A DNA stretch of 56,549 nt, the filler included, from Sluysia triapertura (lineage: Eukaryota), in the NCBI GenBank assembly GCA_046118255.1. It is 4 parts of 4 records of this genome, joined end to end, with 100 filler letters (N's around TTAATTAATTAA, not from the genome) between each part and the next. Parts side by side here need not be neighbours in the genome. Positions count along the whole stretch, not along the records: positions 45,573 to 56,549 come from JBJNIA010190641.1; 3 more parts are not named here. One strand, written 5' to 3'. Made by a program: the position numbers and the translations under genes. The notes below the pieces were generated by a model. The model saw nothing but the letters and a program-made list of their open reading frames with translations, was not told the DNA's origin and ran no database searches. Below are positions 51,535-56,549 of this stretch, one piece after another; the stretch's first letter is position 1; the number at the start of each line of letters is the position of its first letter.

Positions 51535-53089
51535 GTTAGTTTAATCATTTTATTGAAATAGCAAATGTTTTTTTGTTTTCAAATATATTTTTATGGACTT
51601 TCATTGCGTCATATTCAAAAAACAAACTTCATTATAAATCTAATAGAAAAATAGGTATCTTTTACGCAATTATCCTGTTATGATGAAATCTGATTTTAAA
51701 AGCACATATTAGAAAACATCTCAAATTTTGTTTTAGTAGTTTCTAACATTATCCTCTGTTTTATTTTGTTGCATATGTAATGGAGTTTACGTTGACATGT
51801 GAGATTTATAATTTAATTTGAAAATATAAACTGTAAACTGATGAAATTACGAGAAAATAAAAGTGTAATTCTAAAACATCTTAATAATCTTAAAATAATT
51901 TGACTAAAAAATTAAATATTAAGATATCTTAATAGCCAAAAATAAAGGAAAGAAAATACAAATGGAATCCAAAAAGTATAAACTTCAACTTGCTATTAAA
52001 GTTCGCAATATTATTAACTACAAATTTCATTTTTTCCAACCTAATATAATGTATTCAAGCTAATGTTATAATAAATGAAATTGGCTATAATGTAACAGCA
52101 ATAGAAAATAGTAATTAATAAATATCGTAAATGAATTTAGACAATAATTAAAACAATTTTGACAAAAATATAATACGAAGTAATTATATATTCCTTTATA
52201 AATAACTAAACTTAATTAACTTGTTTTATATTCAAAAATAATTATAAAATCAATCGAAAATTACATAAATCACTGTTTATTTAGTACTTACAAGATAACA
52301 TTTTTCGTACTAATAATTTATATACCATCATATAATCTTCACTGAGATAGACCAATTTATGGCATTCAATTTTAGTTGGTTTATCGGGGATTTTAAATCT
52401 TTAAATTATCACGTAAATATATTTCATCAATTAAATTCAATTTAGCAATATGAAGATTAATTTCAACATAATCGTGACTGTTGAATGATCTATTCAATGC
52501 TTTGTAGCAAAGCTTTGATGTGATTTGATTCTTCATTTGGATATAAGATCAGTAAGTAAAATATTAACTAGGCAATCAAATACTTAACTACAAATAATAC
52601 TTTTGACAAAAGGAAAAATGTACACCACATCACTTCGTTACGTATCTTTGGATTTATTTAACAATAATTGGTGGAATGAAAAAGAAACGTGAAAGAATGA
52701 TTTGTTTATGTTATTTTAGTAACAAATGTTGCTTATGTAGTTTCTTTTTGAAACAAAATATAGAATTTTAAAAGAGAATTTATTCATAAATTAATTAAAC
52801 AAATATAATTATAGATACCTTGTAGATCAATCAATTAAAATTTGATAATACAGTTTCCCAATATGTTATAATCTTCTAATTCTCCGACAATTTTCAGCGT
52901 TTTTTAATTCTTCTACTTGCATTTAATATTTCAGGGCCTTTTATAGTCACAATTCTAATTCGCAATAATAATTCCAATAATAATGTCAGATAATAAATTC
53001 AATATAATAAACCACAAATAAATTCAATAATAGAATGCAATAAATTCAATAAAATAGTAACTGCAATTATACAAGTTTAATCTTTGTTT

Positions 53090-53091
<2 letters not shown>

Positions 53092-53156
<65 letters not shown>
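53092..53156. repeat. (ATT)n microsatellite
   Basis: Direct observation. Confidence 0.95.
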
Positions 53157-53157
<1 letters not shown>

Positions 53158-54414
53158 TTATAAATTTTCGGTAATTATTATTAAATAGAAAATATACTGA
53201 AAAATTAAAATAGATGATATTAATATGAAAATCATATTATTAATGAGATTAACCCATTAATATACTCTATATAGGATAGCTTATGCATAATTTAAAAATC
53301 GCGGTATTTGTTTAAATTAATTAAAATGCAGGTTCAAACAATAGAAAATCCTAAAACCAATGCAAAAAATTATTAAAATATGGTGAAAAATTAACGAATG
53401 TATTAAAGTGTTAACCGATATTCAAAAAATAAAATTCACAGTATTATCAAAATTCCGCAAATATTTCAATCGTTTTATGTATATAATTATGCAGCATCCC
53501 AAATTCTTTCTTAAACGAAAAGAGGAATTAATGAAAATGATTTTTTACAATATAACTTAATTATAAATATTTATCATGTAATATCACTTTCATTAAAAAC
53601 AAAGTATTAAAAAATCATTAAATAACAAAAGTAAACTCACATCAAGTATTTACCAATAAGAACTAATATTCGATTGTCTTGCTAATATTAATGATTATGA
53701 GCTTTATTCCTCACCGAAGAGATGTTTCTAATTCGCCTATCAAATGATATTGCTTATGCACATAAATAAATCTACAAAATGGACTTATGCAGTTTTTTAT
53801 CGGTTTGAAATCAGAAATCATTCTTTTGCTTAATTACATCTATAAATGCTAACATTATCATGCTGGAAAGTATTCATTACGACAATTTCATGGTTTAAAT
53901 GTGCCAATACTTTTCATAGTACATTAAAATTACTGGAAACTTTAACAAAAATCAACGTTTCCTGCTGAGAAGTGCCGTCCAAAATTAACAACGACCATCC
54001 GCCATTTTACATCTTTATCATTAGGCTCTAGGCCACCGATATTTTTCACATCATTGAATAGTATGTTAGATAAAATTGAGTAATGCGTGCTTTTTGGTTC
54101 ATACCAATCAAGTTTCTTTGTGCTTTTGGTTAGAACTGGTTCTCCTTTTTTACTTTTGCATATCCAGCTTTTCAAAATCGATATATAACCTGATATTCAT
54201 TTAGTCCTTATAGCCATTGAAATGTGTTTTGGTCTCTTCGCCGTATTCAGGGTGTTTTGAAATATTAATTTCATAATTGGATTTACAAAACGTCAGATAT
54301 ATTCATACATTTAATTTCTTCTCTGTGACTCGAAAATACATTTATTTTGACTTAATATAAGATATATAAAACTTAACATAAGCGATCGTGTGCATGTGCA
54401 AACTCAGATATTAA

Positions 54415-54893
54415 CCTTAAGATTACCAGATGTGGGAAAGATTGCCCACAATACATATTTCTTTATTTTCAATAAATTGCATATTTAAACATTACAAATT
54501 ATTCTCTTCTTTAAATGTAAAAGACAAACATAATTGTTGCATTTACCACATACTAGAAATTCTTTTAGATTTTTGCTTTTCTTCGCGTTATAGAATATTT
54601 ATAACAAATACAGCATCTTCTTTGGAATGTTGATGTTGGTGCTTTGTTTAAATATTTCTCTGAACAAATGGCTTTGATTCCGCTCAAAACATCAGTGTGA
54701 AATCCTACAATGTTTCTTCATTCTACGCAAAATTAGAATTGAAAAGTAATTAAAAATTCATGTTTTATGAAGCCGAAATGATACTTATAAAATTACATTA
54801 AAAAAATTTTCAGAACTTCAGCTCAATATATTCAATAATTATAAAAATTAAAATAGCTGTGGTCAATTTTGTCCATGCTTGGTAATCGTAGGG
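54415..54893 (-). mobile_element. piggyBac transposon, internally deleted, retaining Cys-rich C-terminal domain
   Basis: TTAA-ccttaagattacca ... tggtaatcgtaggg-TTCA termini; minus strand QRRCCICYKY..RKAK..VCGKCNNYVCLLHLKKRIIC. Confidence 0.85.
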
Positions 54894-55338
54894 TTCAAAT
54901 AATATATATTGTAAGATTAGAGTTATTATTATTTTGTAACCGCAACAGTGAAATATGCATCAGTTCAAATCCCATCACGATATATCTACCATTTATTCCT
55001 GTAACCAAAGCACTATCATAATCTATGAATTTACAATGAATAAACTCTGACTTTAATAATCTTTTGATTACTTTTTAATTTTACATGTTAAAAAAATAAT
55101 ATTTAAAATTATCTCATAAAAATATATTAATATTTTAACCAAAAAATGACAAAAATGTGTAATATATTTCTAGTTACTTAAACATATTGTGTACTTTTTT
55201 TTAGTTTTATCATACTGTTTTCTTTAGATTTTAATTTAGTAACAAAAAAAGTATTTTGGAATAAACAATTTTTTGTATTACATTCTTACAGCTTCATCAT
55301 TAGTTGTATTATTTATAATTATATATTTAGAAACTTAC

Positions 55339-56013
55339 ACTAATAGATTCACGCAATCCAGTTCCATCGACATCATTAATGTTTGTTTCTAAATATAAAT
55401 ATCCTCCAATCAGTTTTAGTTCAAACCAAACATTAGGTTTTGTTCTGTGCGTTCGGAAAATAGTCCCATCTGATTGTTGTGTTTTGAACGAAATAGCAAT
55501 ATCATCTGAATGTGTTTTCATCATACGATTTTTATTATCTTCATTTTTAAAGTCAATTAAATAGAAGCTGATACCGAGACTTACCAACGGTTCTGAATTT
55601 CGTACACAAACTTCACTTCGTTGAATATTGTCAACTGGTGAACGATATGTTCGAGATGTTATCGAACAGTCACAATAAAAATTAGCTTCACCAGTGAATG
55701 GATAAGTACGATCGTGGCACGAGCCACCTTGACATAAAGATGCTTTACAACTAGGTATATCATCTAAACATTTGCCACTAATATCAATACCACTAATTTC
55801 TCCCGAATACTGATTAATTGTACCTCTGGGATCAATGTATTTATCATCGTTTACGCGTATGTAATTAACACATCCAACAAAACCAATACGTGACCAAACA
55901 TTCCATGGAAGACGACTAGGACTATCTATTCCTCCAATGTATGTATAAGTTCCAAATGCTTTCTGATGACCAGTACTATCTTTGATCGGTATAGGTACAT
56001 TATCAAATGTGGC
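55339..56013 (-). CDS. NRXN: alpha-neurexin-like exon (LNS-EGF-LNS)
   Basis: 675-bp open exon between tttcAG and GTaagt: YIGGIDSPSRLPWNVWSRIGFVGC..CKASLCQGGSCHD..FICDCSIT..C..MKTHSDDIAISFKTQQSDG..ELKLIGGYLYLETNIND; collinear with the LNS3-EGF2-LNS4 region of neurexin. Confidence 0.82.
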
Positions 56014-56475
56014 CTGAAATTAAAGGTTATGAATCATTAAAATATGTATGAATCATCCAAAAATTGTTGCCATAAATATATTAAGGTCAATCAATATAAA
56101 AATTAAGATGATTAATAATTTTGTAAAAAAAATTTCACTAAATTTTTATTATTTATTATTTAAATAAATCATTAATAATATTATTAATATATTAAATACC
56201 GTTAATAAAATTTATGCATATTTTTTATTTTATCTTTCAATTTTATTATTCATTACTTTAATCCAAACACCTACTAAACTAAAAATAAAATTCAAATCAA
56301 TAAATATTAGGCTAAATATGTATTCTAAAAATAGAAACATAAGTGTTAAAAGCAGTTCAGTAATCATTCGTGCAAATATCTGCACAGAAATGGAAAAGAA
56401 AATAGAAAAATAATGCACAAAATGAAATAATTTGATATACCTAAAAAGCGATTATTAATCATATGTTAATTTCAA

Positions 56476-56549
<74 letters not shown>
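56476..56549. repeat. (AAT)n microsatellite switching to (ATT)n
   Basis: Direct observation. Confidence 0.95.

Overview
Very AT-rich eukaryotic (animal) draft-genome DNA. Host genes mix ~35-50 bp GT-AG introns with larger transposon-filled ones, which resembles a compact parasitic spiralian such as an orthonectid (inference only). Three artificial 100-bp N-TTAATTAATTAA-N linkers (12193-12292, 24544-24643, 45473-45572) join four separate scaffolds. Host genes read exon by exon, all partial in this window: TMEM131 (-), a Gyc88E-type atypical soluble guanylyl cyclase (+), NDUFA12 (-), TTLL9 (+) and one alpha-neurexin exon (-). Most other sequence is decayed mobile DNA: two mariners, three Tc1 copies, a Tigger/pogo, piggyBac derivatives, L2 LINE pieces, tRNA-like repeats and Ty3/gypsy remnants. 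The main finding is a degraded Ty3/gypsy element (~35.2-44.2 kb) carrying a chuvirus-type (herpes-gB-like, class III) envelope glycoprotein between gag and pol. It also has an extra gag-env spacer region, and a related ORF at 33-34.2 kb contains a ubiquitin-like domain. Also notable are an NK1/slouch homeobox copy lacking its recognition helix, and a ~0.5 kb-arm inverted repeat centred on a tRNA-like element. All family calls come from manual translation and remembered motifs; no searches were run.
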